Below, piece after piece: positions 11,353-22,118 of a stretch of DNA of 64,000 nt. How positions within the stretch are numbered: position 1 is the first letter of the stretch; each line of letters opens with the position of its first letter. A program made the position numbers and the translations under genes. The stretch spans positions 1,055-65,054 of the forward strand of contig JABFSR010000080.1 in NCBI GenBank assembly GCA_013140495.1. Direction: 5' to 3'. Source of the DNA: Verrucomicrobiota bacterium. GTDB lineage: Bacteria > Verrucomicrobiota > Verrucomicrobiia > Limisphaerales > JADLHS01. The notes under the pieces are model-generated. The model did not search any database, was not told the DNA's origin, and saw nothing but the letters and a program-made list of their open reading frames with translations.

Positions 11353-12144
11353 TCACGACCTTTTCCGAAACACAACAATGTGTTGCTGCGGCAGCGTGCC
11401 GATGGTTTCCGCCCAGTCGAGCGGGTGAACACTCATCTCTTTGCGCACCTGCGCCTCGGTCATTTTGTGAACCAGCTTGATCGGCACGTTCGGGTCTTCC
11501 CCGCGAAACTCCACGAACACGATGCGCCCGCCCGGCTTCAATGATTGGCACATCGCTTCCACCATCTCGAACGGATGATCAAACTCGTGATACACGTCCA
11601 CCATCAGAATCAAATCCACGGCCGCGCGCGGCAGTTTCGGATCGGTGATCGTGCCGAGCACGGGTTTGACGTTGAAAATCTTTTCCGCCGCGAGCTTGTT
11701 CGTGAGGAGGTCGAGCATCTCCTGCTGAATCTCCACGGCATAGACCACGCCATTCGTTCCGATGGCTTTTGCTAATCGCCGCGTGTAATAACCACTGCCA
11801 CAACCGATGTCCGCCACCGCATCGCCGGGTTTGAGCTTGAGCGCAGGCAAAAGTAAATCCGGGCGCTCCTCTTTTTCACGTTCCGGGCGTTCCAGCCAGT
11901 CTGCCGCCTCGTGGCCCATTACATGTGCGATCTCACGTCCCATGTAAAACTTACCGATGCCGTTCGGGTCGTGCGCTGCGCGGGTTTCGTAGCGTGAAAG
12001 AGATGAAGACGCGTTCGTTTCTACTGAACGAACAACACAGGTCGCGCTAGTCAGGGCCACAATCGCGATCCAGGTCGAAATAGTCGGGAGCTTGTTGGAC
12101 TTTGATAGAATGGGCGATTTGGTGCTCGTTTGTTTTGTGCGCAT
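11353..12144 (-). CDS. class I SAM-dependent methyltransferase, probably exported
   Basis: YMGREIAHVMGH, VADIGCGSG, VDVYHEF. Confidence 0.88.
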   Translation of the reverse strand: MRTKQTSTKSPILSKSNKLPTISTWIAIVALTSATCVVRSVETNASSSLSRYETRAAHDPNGIGKFYMGREIAHVMGHEAADWLERPEREKEERPDLLLPALKLKPGDAVADIGCGSGYYTRRLAKAIGTNGVVYAVEIQQEMLDLLTNKLAAEKIFNVKPVLGTITDPKLPRAAVDLILMVDVYHEFDHPFEMVEAMCQSLKPGGRIVFVEFRGEDPNVPIKLVHKMTEAQVRKEMSVHPLDWAETIGTLPQQHIVVFRKRS

Positions 12145-12210
12145 GTTCGTTGGAATATGGCTTTAGACTAACGTGTACTGCTGTAAAAGGCGAGCAGGCT
12201 GGTGTTCGAT

Positions 12211-13134
12211 TTACTGTTTTACCTTCATCAAGGCGATCACGCCAGCGACGGCGATGATGACGCCGATCACGGAGCGCCGGGTAATTCGTTCACCTTCGAA
12301 CACAACTGCCAGTGGCATGACCATAAGCGGCATCAGCGCGATGATGGTGAACACAATTCCTGCGGGCGTGGTATGCAACGCCCATTGCTGGCAGGTGCCG
12401 CCGAGTGCCGCGCCGGCCAATGCGGTGCCGAAGACCCACGGCAGGAGTTTGCGCCACTTTTTCGCCTCGGCATTCACCAATGGCAAATCCTGCGGGCGCG
12501 TCGAGTAACCGTGTTGTTTCCAACGCACGATCAAGAGCGCAATACCTGCCACCACGAGTCCGCCAACGACGCGTTGGAATGCAGCATTGGTGCCGGAGAT
12601 GGATTCGCCGGCGGCATCGGCGACCGAGTAGGCTTTGCGGCTGATAACCCCTCCAAGTGCTCCACCAATGGCTGCAAGCATACCGAACGTGCCACCGATC
12701 CACAAATCAGAGCGCGAGCGCCTTGAATCCTTCTCAGGAGCAACGGCGACTGCAACCCCGCACAGAATCACGGCCATTGCGCCGAGTTGTGCGGACGAAA
12801 GCCGGGTGTCCAGCCAGAGCCATTCGATCACCACGGCAATTGGCGCGGTCAGGCATTGCATGTAGATCGTGGTCAGGCGCGAACCAAGGCGCGGCAAGGC
12901 CTGGTACAGCGCCACGTCGCCGAATCCAAATCCAAGAATCCCGCTGAGAAAGAAGAACGGCATGGCGGGCCCGCCGAGTCCGATGCCGAAGATGTAAGAC
13001 CAGATGCCTAGAAAGACAGTGCCGAGGGTGAGCCGCCAGAAATTGGCCTCCGAGCCACCCACGAGTTTGGAGGCACGATGACCGCAGATGATCGAGAACG
13101 AAAACAAGATCGTGGCCAGCGCGGCGGCAAGCAT
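12211..13134 (-). CDS. DMT/EamA family transporter
   Basis: About 10 hydrophobic helices in two repeats; LSGILGFGFGD. Confidence 0.85.
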   Translation of the reverse strand: MLAAALATILFSFSIICGHRASKLVGGSEANFWRLTLGTVFLGIWSYIFGIGLGGPAMPFFFLSGILGFGFGDVALYQALPRLGSRLTTIYMQCLTAPIAVVIEWLWLDTRLSSAQLGAMAVILCGVAVAVAPEKDSRRSRSDLWIGGTFGMLAAIGGALGGVISRKAYSVADAAGESISGTNAAFQRVVGGLVVAGIALLIVRWKQHGYSTRPQDLPLVNAEAKKWRKLLPWVFGTALAGAALGGTCQQWALHTTPAGIVFTIIALMPLMVMPLAVVFEGERITRRSVIGVIIAVAGVIALMKVKQ

Positions 13135-13285
13135 GTGCGCAGGATAGAGGGCCTGGAGGCGTGAGTCGAGTGCGTGACGGACGCGAGGCAACAGGGCGTG
13201 GTCTCCATGATTTGATGGGCGGCTGGAAGCGGTGGTTGCCTCCGCTCGAATTCAGAAGTAATCCCGGAAACAAATCGCTTGAATC

Positions 13286-13311
13286 GGAACTAATCCGGGG
13301 TATAAACGTCT
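13286..13311 (+). promoter_or_regulatory. putative ECF-sigma promoter
   Basis: GGAAC-N16-CGTCT upstream of the LamG protein gene. Confidence 0.35.
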
Positions 13312-13365
13312 CAGTTGGTGGAATTCAGAATTCCCGAAGGCAAAACCCGTACAAACTTACATTTT

Positions 13366-16300
13366 ATGAAGAACAAGGCATCGCTCTGCTCCTGCGCTCA
13401 TTATTTATTCCTGCCCATAACGCTCTTGTTGGGCATCGTTGGCTTGATGAGCGTTCTCCCAATTCGCGCCGGGCTAACCGTGGACATCCATACTTACCGC
13501 TATCCTTATACTTTTGTAGCTTATGGATGGCTGAGTACGAACGCCACTCCACCCGCCGCACCGTTTGGGAGTTATCTCATCAGTTCGCCCAACGGCAGTT
13601 TTTTGCGATACGAGTATGACACCAACGGATTGAATTACATCACCGGCGGGGGCATAGGCACCACTGACTTCGACGCGTTCATGGGCACGTTGACCAATGG
13701 TCAATGGTCAATCCAAGTGACAAACTCATCTTCTACCAACACGTATTTCTTCAATGTCACGGCCACAGGATTGAACTCGAATCTTTTCAACGCTCCCACA
13801 ATCACCTTTCCCGCCAACAACGCCCAGAACGTCTCCGACAACCCCACGTTCACTTGGTCCGGTGGCCCGATTGGATGGTTGGGAACTGCCGAGGTGAATG
13901 TGCATGACTTGGACTACACCTACTACGAATACGCGTCGCTTCCTCCTTCAGCGACAAGTTGGAACACCCCCAACGCGCCATTGCCGCTCGGCACCAATCA
14001 GTTCAGCCTCGTTTATATCAGCAACGCGACTGCAACCATTGTCGCTTCAATTCCGCGCGACACGTCTCCTGGCTCCAATGCGATCTCCGGCTGGATTTCA
14101 ACTGCGAACCTCAATGTTGAGGCCGACTACATCGAATTCTCCGTTGGAGGATCAACCAACGCGTTCGATGCGTATCTCGTGGCGCGCTACGATTTTGAAA
14201 ACACCAGCTTTTCGGGGCACGACAGTTCCGGCAATGGCAACGATCCGGACTGTGGCAGCGGCAATGGCGGCACCAACATTGATACTTTTTCCACCGACGC
14301 CGCAGTCCACACTTACGCCCGAGAATATTTCGGCGATACCGCGATCTGCTTCACCAGCGGCGGCAGTGCTTTTCCCAACCTGTCCAACGCGCTTGCCGGT
14401 AATTTCACGGTGACAGCGTGGATCAAAACCACCGCCACCGCTGGCTTTGATAACGACAATGCGGAAAGCGGCCTGCCGATTCTCGCTGCGGATAATCAAA
14501 ACATAAATTCCACCACTCCGCTCAGCATCACCGGTGATAAAGCCGCCTTCACCGTGCGCGATGACAACGGCGACCCAATCACAATCCACTCCACTACCAC
14601 CGTCAATGACGGCAGCTATCACTTCCTCGCCGTGACCCGCAACCGTACCACGGGCTCGATGTATATTTACGTGGACGGCAGCCTTGAAGCCAGCGACACG
14701 GGCTCGACGGAATTTCTGGATGCTGGGACGGGTCTGTCATTGGCCGGTGGGAATGGCTTTTATGAAGGACTCGTGGATGACGTGCGGATTTACTCTACCG
14801 ACCTCACGGCTGGCGACGTCGCGGTTCTGGCAGGTATACAGCCTCCGATCACTGGCGGTGGTCACACCAACCTCGCGCATTACCGGTTTGATGATGGCGG
14901 CGATCTGGGCCATGACGATTCAGGCAACGACAACAACTTTAGCAGCGGAAGTTCGTGGGGACTACCTCTCCACGAATATGACCAAGTTGGAGCAGTGGGA
15001 TCGGGCGGGATCAGATTTTATGGCGTGAGCAGCATCGTACATGCACCACCGAACGAAACTTTCACCAACATCACGACCGCCACGGTTGACAGTTTTTCCC
15101 TCTCGCTGTGGGTCAAGACCACTGAAGTGATCGGTAACGACACCGACGATGCCTTGGACGGTGCCGTGGTGGTCTGGCAGTATGAATCGGGCATAGACGA
15201 CATCATCCCCGTGTCCATCACCGGCAACAAAGTGGCATTCCACACGGGCGATGAACTTGGCAACAGCCAGACGCTTCATTCCACCAGCGACGTGACGGAC
15301 GGTAACTACCATCACATCGTGGTCACGCGCGATCGTGTTACGGGAGTGAAGAAAATCTATGTGGACGGCGCTCTCGAAGCGACGGAGACCGCCACCACCC
15401 GTGTCCTCAATGCGAATGATCATTACTTTTCCATTGGCGGAGTTCTTGGGCACAGTTTTGACGGCACGGTGGACGATGCGCAGTTTTACTCCGGTGTCTT
15501 GTCCGCGAGCGAAATCGCCGTACTTTACGCTGCGCCGGGATCAGTGGCCCCGGACACGACCGGCAGCGGTGGCCCGACTAACATCACAGCCGATTTGATA
15601 ATCACGATTTTACGCATTCAGCCGGCGGGCGATCCTGATTTCTTCCTCTGTTGGCCCTTCAGCACGATCAGCCCGGCTCCACTCACCACGCACGAAATGC
15701 ATTCCCCAAATGGTTTATTCACATCCGTAAATGGCCAGCCTTATTCAAGCAGCGCGGCTTCTTTGGGGCAGCTGTTGACTGAAATGACCAACGGCGTGTG
15801 GACCATTTTTATCAACAAGAACCATCCGGACGAAAAGCAGTTCACCTTCAGTGTCTCGGCCGCCGGGGTCACCACAAATCTTCTCCAGAAAGTTACCATT
15901 CTTTCGCCTGCCAATGGCAGCACCGGTGTCCCCAGTGTTCCAACCTACTCTTGGAGCGGCCCTAGTGGATTGGATAATCTTCAGGCAGTTCTGTACCATA
16001 CAAATTCAATGATTGGATACACGAATCTGCCACCCATGGCCACCACTTGGACCAATCCTCCCGCCTTGGCCGCAGGCACGAACCAACTCGATGTCACCTA
16101 TTTCTCCATCGGCGTGACAAACTTCTCCTTCACCCTGCCGGTGGACGGCAACTCCGTTCCTTTGTCCGGCTGGACGACCCGGGCTGATTTTCAGAGTTCC
16201 GCCACCTCAATCTTCGTGGTTGGCTCCGGCACGACGCCCGTTCAACTGGCAAACCCAAACCGCACCGGCGGCAACTTCCAGTTCCAGTTCCTCTCGCAAT

Positions 16301-16452
16301 CCGGCAAGACCAACACGGTTCAGTCCCGAACAAATCTGTCGCTCGGTTTGTGGATTGATCGCACTAACATCCTCGGTGACGGAAATATCAAGACCATCAT
16401 ACTGCCAGTCAGCAACAAGCCGGAGGAATTCTTCCGTGTCTCGACGCAGTGA
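13366..16452 (+). CDS. large secreted protein with two LamG-like jellyroll domains
   Basis: Signal peptide; two LamG-type repeats (AWIKT/LWVKT, YHFLAVT/YHHIVVT, IYVDG, VDDVRIY/VDDAQFY); C-terminal EEFFRV. Confidence 0.85.
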   Translation: MKNKASLCSCAHYLFLPITLLLGIVGLMSVLPIRAGLTVDIHTYRYPYTFVAYGWLSTNATPPAAPFGSYLISSPNGSFLRYEYDTNGLNYITGGGIGTTDFDAFMGTLTNGQWSIQVTNSSSTNTYFFNVTATGLNSNLFNAPTITFPANNAQNVSDNPTFTWSGGPIGWLGTAEVNVHDLDYTYYEYASLPPSATSWNTPNAPLPLGTNQFSLVYISNATATIVASIPRDTSPGSNAISGWISTANLNVEADYIEFSVGGSTNAFDAYLVARYDFENTSFSGHDSSGNGNDPDCGSGNGGTNIDTFSTDAAVHTYAREYFGDTAICFTSGGSAFPNLSNALAGNFTVTAWIKTTATAGFDNDNAESGLPILAADNQNINSTTPLSITGDKAAFTVRDDNGDPITIHSTTTVNDGSYHFLAVTRNRTTGSMYIYVDGSLEASDTGSTEFLDAGTGLSLAGGNGFYEGLVDDVRIYSTDLTAGDVAVLAGIQPPITGGGHTNLAHYRFDDGGDLGHDDSGNDNNFSSGSSWGLPLHEYDQVGAVGSGGIRFYGVSSIVHAPPNETFTNITTATVDSFSLSLWVKTTEVIGNDTDDALDGAVVVWQYESGIDDIIPVSITGNKVAFHTGDELGNSQTLHSTSDVTDGNYHHIVVTRDRVTGVKKIYVDGALEATETATTRVLNANDHYFSIGGVLGHSFDGTVDDAQFYSGVLSASEIAVLYAAPGSVAPDTTGSGGPTNITADLIITILRIQPAGDPDFFLCWPFSTISPAPLTTHEMHSPNGLFTSVNGQPYSSSAASLGQLLTEMTNGVWTIFINKNHPDEKQFTFSVSAAGVTTNLLQKVTILSPANGSTGVPSVPTYSWSGPSGLDNLQAVLYHTNSMIGYTNLPPMATTWTNPPALAAGTNQLDVTYFSIGVTNFSFTLPVDGNSVPLSGWTTRADFQSSATSIFVVGSGTTPVQLANPNRTGGNFQFQFLSQSGKTNTVQSRTNLSLGLWIDRTNILGDGNIKTIILPVSNKPEEFFRVSTQ

Positions 16453-16707
16453 CAGCGGTTGGTGTTTCAACCCGGAGCAAGTGAAGTTCAACGACGACGC
16501 ATCGATGGCGGGATTGAGGTGAATCGTGGATTTTGAAACGTCGTGATTCGATACGCAACCAGTGATGCCGGCAACTGATCCGGCATTCCCGCCGGGTCAT
16601 TTTGCAACCACTCGATTTCGATTCCGCAGTTCAAATTCGAGCCGACTGTGCAAGGACGAGAAGGGGCGGTGGCTCAAGCTGTCTTGCCGATTGCCGATGG
16701 AAGAGAT

Positions 16708-17031
16708 GTGATCAGGAAATCAATCATCGTTCTCGCCCTTGCGTTGCTCGTGGGTTGCAGCCGGCAGAACGTCCGCATGGCACATCCCGAGGACCCGCAA
16801 GGGCGTTATCGGGAGCAAATCGCCGCGGCGCAGCGTTTGTTGGAACAAAAGGAAAAGTGGACTGATCGCGTCGAATGGGAGGTTCTGAAAACCGCAGACG
16901 GCTGGGATGTGATTGCGTGGAGGGTGGAGCATCCCGACCGCAAAGGCCCAGAGCGTTATCTGCCCTGGGGCTATTCGGTCATCAAGCTTGATAGTCGCAT
17001 GACGACCATCGGTTATCACCGAAAGGGATGA
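16708..17031 (+). CDS. hypothetical lipoprotein
   Basis: GTG start, IRKSIIVLALALLVGC lipobox. Confidence 0.65.
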   Translation: MIRKSIIVLALALLVGCSRQNVRMAHPEDPQGRYREQIAAAQRLLEQKEKWTDRVEWEVLKTADGWDVIAWRVEHPDRKGPERYLPWGYSVIKLDSRMTTIGYHRKG

Positions 17032-17086
17032 AGCGACTCCCTGAGTTTGCGACCTTTCACCGCAGTTTGCCCTTAATAGAGATTCT

Positions 17087-17380
17087 TCAATCCACGCTGG
17101 AAATTGGCTCGCATGCTTTGGGGCGATAGAGCACGACAACGTTTCCGACGCGCATGACAAGTTGGCTGCCGGTCTTCTCGGCGAGTTGCGGGGCTAGTTC
17201 CTTCTTTTGGTCCTTGAGATCGGCGAATTTCACCTTGAGCAATTCATTGTGCTTGAGTGCATCATCGAGCGCGGCCAGGAATGCTGCGGTGAGTCCCTCC
17301 TTTCCCACCTTGAGCGTGGGTTTGAGGAGTTGTCCCCGGGATTTGAGTTCTCGAATTTGGGCATTGGTCAACGGCAACAT
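17087..17380 (-). CDS. yhbY: YhbY/CRM-domain RNA-binding protein
   Basis: LKPTLKVGKEGLT, HNELLKVK, VGNVVVLYR. Confidence 0.9.
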   Translation of the reverse strand: MLPLTNAQIRELKSRGQLLKPTLKVGKEGLTAAFLAALDDALKHNELLKVKFADLKDQKKELAPQLAEKTGSQLVMRVGNVVVLYRPKACEPISSVD

Positions 17381-17465
17381 GCGACGAGTATGAGCGAACG
17401 GGCGAAGGATGTCTTTATCCGAAATTGTGCGTTTTGAAAGATGCCCGGGCGGAGCAATAGAGTTC

Positions 17466-18101
17466 TTACTTCCAATGTTTCAAATCGTTTTCCAATGCGC
17501 CAAATCCGGACGGAAATGCTTTTTCCAGCGGAGAGAGATTTGCCGCGAGCAGTTCAGAGGATTCCATCATCCGCCGTGTTTCCATCCCAAGCGACGGACG
17601 TTCTGTGCCGTAAAGCTTTTTCTTCAAATCGAGCTTCGTGTAAGGAAAAGAATTGTTGGTCTGTCCCGTTATCCACGCCGCCTCATTCACATGCGCGTCT
17701 GCTCCACACAGCAACCACGCCTCAATGGCTGGCACGGCAAGTCCGATGGCGGTTTTCAGCTTTGATTTGCCAGCGACGAGGCGCAGTTGGGAAACAACTT
17801 CATCCCGGATGCGTCGCAATTCGCAGAGCCGGCAGCCTGAGTGAAACTTGCCCGACAGTTCGTGGTCGGGTTGATGAACGATAGCCCCGTTGGAATCTAC
17901 CACGAAGATCAAACCTTCGGCGTCACTGTGATAATGCAGTTGCTTGAGAACGGTCGGGAAAACACTTCGCACGGAAGGCCAGCCGCGTTCGCGAAGTCCA
18001 ACGTGTGAGACGGGTGAGGTTTTGATGCCGAGAACTGCGTCAGCCAGGATGCGAATCGCCGCTTCATCCGCCGGAGATTCGGAGAGGATGGCAACTTTCA
18101 T
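17466..18101 (-). CDS. hypothetical TOPRIM/DUF4276-like protein
   Basis: ILSESPADE, FVVDSN, AIEAWLL; ATGA overlap with the upstream ATPase. Confidence 0.55.
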   Translation of the reverse strand: MKVAILSESPADEAAIRILADAVLGIKTSPVSHVGLRERGWPSVRSVFPTVLKQLHYHSDAEGLIFVVDSNGAIVHQPDHELSGKFHSGCRLCELRRIRDEVVSQLRLVAGKSKLKTAIGLAVPAIEAWLLCGADAHVNEAAWITGQTNNSFPYTKLDLKKKLYGTERPSLGMETRRMMESSELLAANLSPLEKAFPSGFGALENDLKHWK

Positions 18102-19096
18102 GTGCCCGCAGGTACACCGCCCAGCACGCCGCTGTACCAGACTTCTCCGAGGTTTGCATCGCCCAAAATCTCCGAGAGGTCGGTGCGATCCACGAGCCGG
18201 GAGAACGTGGCCTCCAAACCGTTCTTCTCGGCGATGACAATTTCCTCCGGGTGATCGCGGAACAAATCGAGGAAGTAAGGATTGTGCGTGGTGGCGATGA
18301 CCTGCACGGGATCACGCTTCTCGCCGAAGCTCTCTGGATACGCTAGGCGATAGATTGCATCCCGAACATCTCGTAGCAAACGCGGGTGAAGTCCGTGATC
18401 GGGTTCTTCAAAACAAACCAGCGGCGGCGGCTTCGGCAGATAGGCCAGCGTCAGAATCGCGAGAGCAATGAGCGTGCCTTCGGAAAGGTCAACGGCTTTG
18501 ATTTTGTGACCGCCAGAGCGGGTGCGGAGCAATAATGCGCGCGTGCCTGTGCTTGGAGTTTCAAAAAGAACTTGATCGAACTCTGGCAGCCACTTTCCAA
18601 GTTCTCTGTTTAGAGCATCGAATTGTTCCGGGTGCGAATCTCTCAGACGGTCGAGAACGCCGGCAAGGTCGTTACCTTGGCTGCCCAATTCTACCTCAGG
18701 GCGAAGGCTGACATGCGCGGCGATGGCATGAGGATTCAAGGCATATTGTCTTGAGGCATTGAGACACATTGCGAACTTGCGTCTTTGTTCCGATAGGCCC
18801 GGTCGTAATTCTTCAATTGAAACAGGAATTCGCGCGTCTTGTTGCCATGAACACTGAGCATAAATACACCGACCGGTATCCGAACAAACTGCCTTCAATG
18901 TCGAGTTGGAGCCGAATCTGCCCGCACTGATGATTGAGTTGTAGTTGGCGTTGTATCGTCCGGCCAATCCGTCAATCGCCCTAAACACCGTGCTTTTCCC
19001 GCTCCCATTCGGCCCAACGATCAACGTGAACTTGCCCAGCGGAAGCGTGGCGTTCCGCAGGACTTTGAAGTTCTTGAATTCGATGGACTCGATCAT
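18098..19096 (-). CDS. ABC-type/AAA_21 ATPase
   Basis: GPNGSGKST, LSEGT, VCFEEPD, TTHNP. Confidence 0.88.
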   Translation of the reverse strand: MIESIEFKNFKVLRNATLPLGKFTLIVGPNGSGKSTVFRAIDGLAGRYNANYNSIISAGRFGSNSTLKAVCSDTGRCIYAQCSWQQDARIPVSIEELRPGLSEQRRKFAMCLNASRQYALNPHAIAAHVSLRPEVELGSQGNDLAGVLDRLRDSHPEQFDALNRELGKWLPEFDQVLFETPSTGTRALLLRTRSGGHKIKAVDLSEGTLIALAILTLAYLPKPPPLVCFEEPDHGLHPRLLRDVRDAIYRLAYPESFGEKRDPVQVIATTHNPYFLDLFRDHPEEIVIAEKNGLEATFSRLVDRTDLSEILGDANLGEVWYSGVLGGVPAGT

Positions 19097-19167
19097 AGCG
19101 TCAGTTGGCTCAACGAAACTCTTACACGATCAGCCTGATTCAACCAAGTCTGATGTTTGTCGGGACA

Positions 19168-19191
19168 CCGCCTCCTTACGTCGGCGGCTAC
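19168..19191 (-). repeat. single GTAG-type REP
   Basis: Minus strand GTAG-CCGCC-GACGTAAGGA-GGCGG, just after the icd stop. Confidence 0.6.
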
Positions 19192-19197
19192 AACAGT

Positions 19198-20514
<1,317 letters not shown>

Positions 20515-20682
20515 GGTATGAATTCCTGTTTGATTCCAGCAAGAGCAAGGGAACTGGTGAACGCGGCGGAAATCAAGGAAAGAAAATGGCGTGATGATTC
20601 GTTCTCCGTATGTACGTATGCAGTTTTACTTGGGCACTATCGGCACTGGCATTTTGGACTCCATCGCGATTAACCTTCGGCC

Positions 20683-22077
20683 ATGTTCAGATATTTCCTT
20701 TTCGTCTTTTGCGCGCTGTTAACTCTCGCTCCGGGCGCGAATGCTGCGGAATCAGCCGCGCCCACCAATGCCACCAACGCAGGCCTGCGGCTTGCAGTTT
20801 TTGACGTGGATGCCACGCCTCCCATCGGTGACATGATGGCGTACGACCATGTCACGAATCGCTGGGATCTTGGATTGCGTGCCCGTGGGATCGTTTTGTT
20901 GGGTGCCGGTGAGCCGATTGTCTTGTGCGCAGTTGACTGGATCGGTATCGCCAATGAAGGGCACGATGCTTTCCGCGAATCGCTGGCACGCGCCGCTAGA
21001 ACGTCGGCACAACGCGTCACGGTTCACTCTCTGCATCAGCATGACGCGCCAGACTGCGACTTCTCCGCCGAGAAGATTCTTAAACAGGCGGGCTTCGATG
21101 CCGGGCCTTATGAAGGACGGTTTCAACGGCAGGTGATTTCCAGTTTGGAGACCGCCATTCGCGAAGCCTTGCCGTGCGCACAACCCATCACCCATCTGGG
21201 CCTGGGTGAAGCCAAGGTTGAAAAGGTCGCCTCGAACCGGCGCATCCTTGGTCCGGACGGAAAGGTCCGTGACACGCGGTGGACGGCCACTACCGATCCC
21301 AAAGTCCGAGCCGAGCCCGAGGGTGTTATTGATCCGGCATTATCGCTCGTGAGCTTTTGGAACGGAGAGAAGCCCGTGGCGGTGCTGAGTTATTACGCGA
21401 CGCATCCGCAGAGTTATTATCGCACTGGAATTCCGAACCCTGATTTTCCCGGCGTGGCTCGTTTCTTCAGGCAAATGACGTCACCACTTGCGTTGCATGT
21501 TCATTTCAACGGTGCAGGCGGGAATATCGGCGCCGGCAAGTACAATGACGGATCGCCGGAAAATCGTGTGGTGCTCGCAGAGCGACTCGCCGATGGCATG
21601 CGCCGCGCCTGGGAGAACACGCGTCGCCAACCCATCGCCGCAAGTAATGTGACATGGAACGTGGAATCGGTTTTCTTGCCTCCCGCCAAACATCTGTCGC
21701 TGAAGAAACTTGAATCGCAGCTTGCCGCGCGGGACAAGGAATTCATCGCACAAGGCAATGCTCCGCGTCTCGCATGGCTGAGACGTTGCCGCGACGGACA
21801 CAAGATTGATATCACTTGTCTTGGCCTGGGCACGGCGCGAATTCTCCATCTGCCGGGCGAAACCTTTGTGGAATATCAACTCGCGGCCAAGGCCGCCCGC
21901 AAGGACTTGTTCGTGGCAGTGGCGGGTTACGGCGATTATGCTCCGGCGTACGTCGGGACAGCCATCGCGTATGACCAGGGCGGTTACGAAACCAGCCCGT
22001 CCTCGTCCAATGTTGCCCCGGAGGTCGAGCAGGTGTTGATGAGCGCCATGCGGAAGCTGCTGCTCGCGCCGCAGTGA
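20683..22077 (+). CDS. secreted neutral-ceramidase-like hydrolase
   Basis: Signal peptide, HQHDAP, YATHP, HLPGE. Confidence 0.6.
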   Translation: MFRYFLFVFCALLTLAPGANAAESAAPTNATNAGLRLAVFDVDATPPIGDMMAYDHVTNRWDLGLRARGIVLLGAGEPIVLCAVDWIGIANEGHDAFRESLARAARTSAQRVTVHSLHQHDAPDCDFSAEKILKQAGFDAGPYEGRFQRQVISSLETAIREALPCAQPITHLGLGEAKVEKVASNRRILGPDGKVRDTRWTATTDPKVRAEPEGVIDPALSLVSFWNGEKPVAVLSYYATHPQSYYRTGIPNPDFPGVARFFRQMTSPLALHVHFNGAGGNIGAGKYNDGSPENRVVLAERLADGMRRAWENTRRQPIAASNVTWNVESVFLPPAKHLSLKKLESQLAARDKEFIAQGNAPRLAWLRRCRDGHKIDITCLGLGTARILHLPGETFVEYQLAAKAARKDLFVAVAGYGDYAPAYVGTAIAYDQGGYETSPSSSNVAPEVEQVLMSAMRKLLLAPQ

Positions 22078-22118
22078 TTGCGTGATTCAAAAGTGTCGCA
22101 GCAAGGACAACTCGACAT

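Noticed and set aside
12144-12157. TGTTC-GTTG-GAATA resembling the Verrucomicrobia LexA box TGTTC-N4-GAACA
   Set aside because: One mismatch, overlaps the start of a non-repair gene, and no match was seen upstream of dinB.
13248-13360. GAATTCAGAA direct repeat and GGCAAAAC as a c-di-GMP riboswitch
   Set aside because: The required stems and tetraloop/receptor could not be built.
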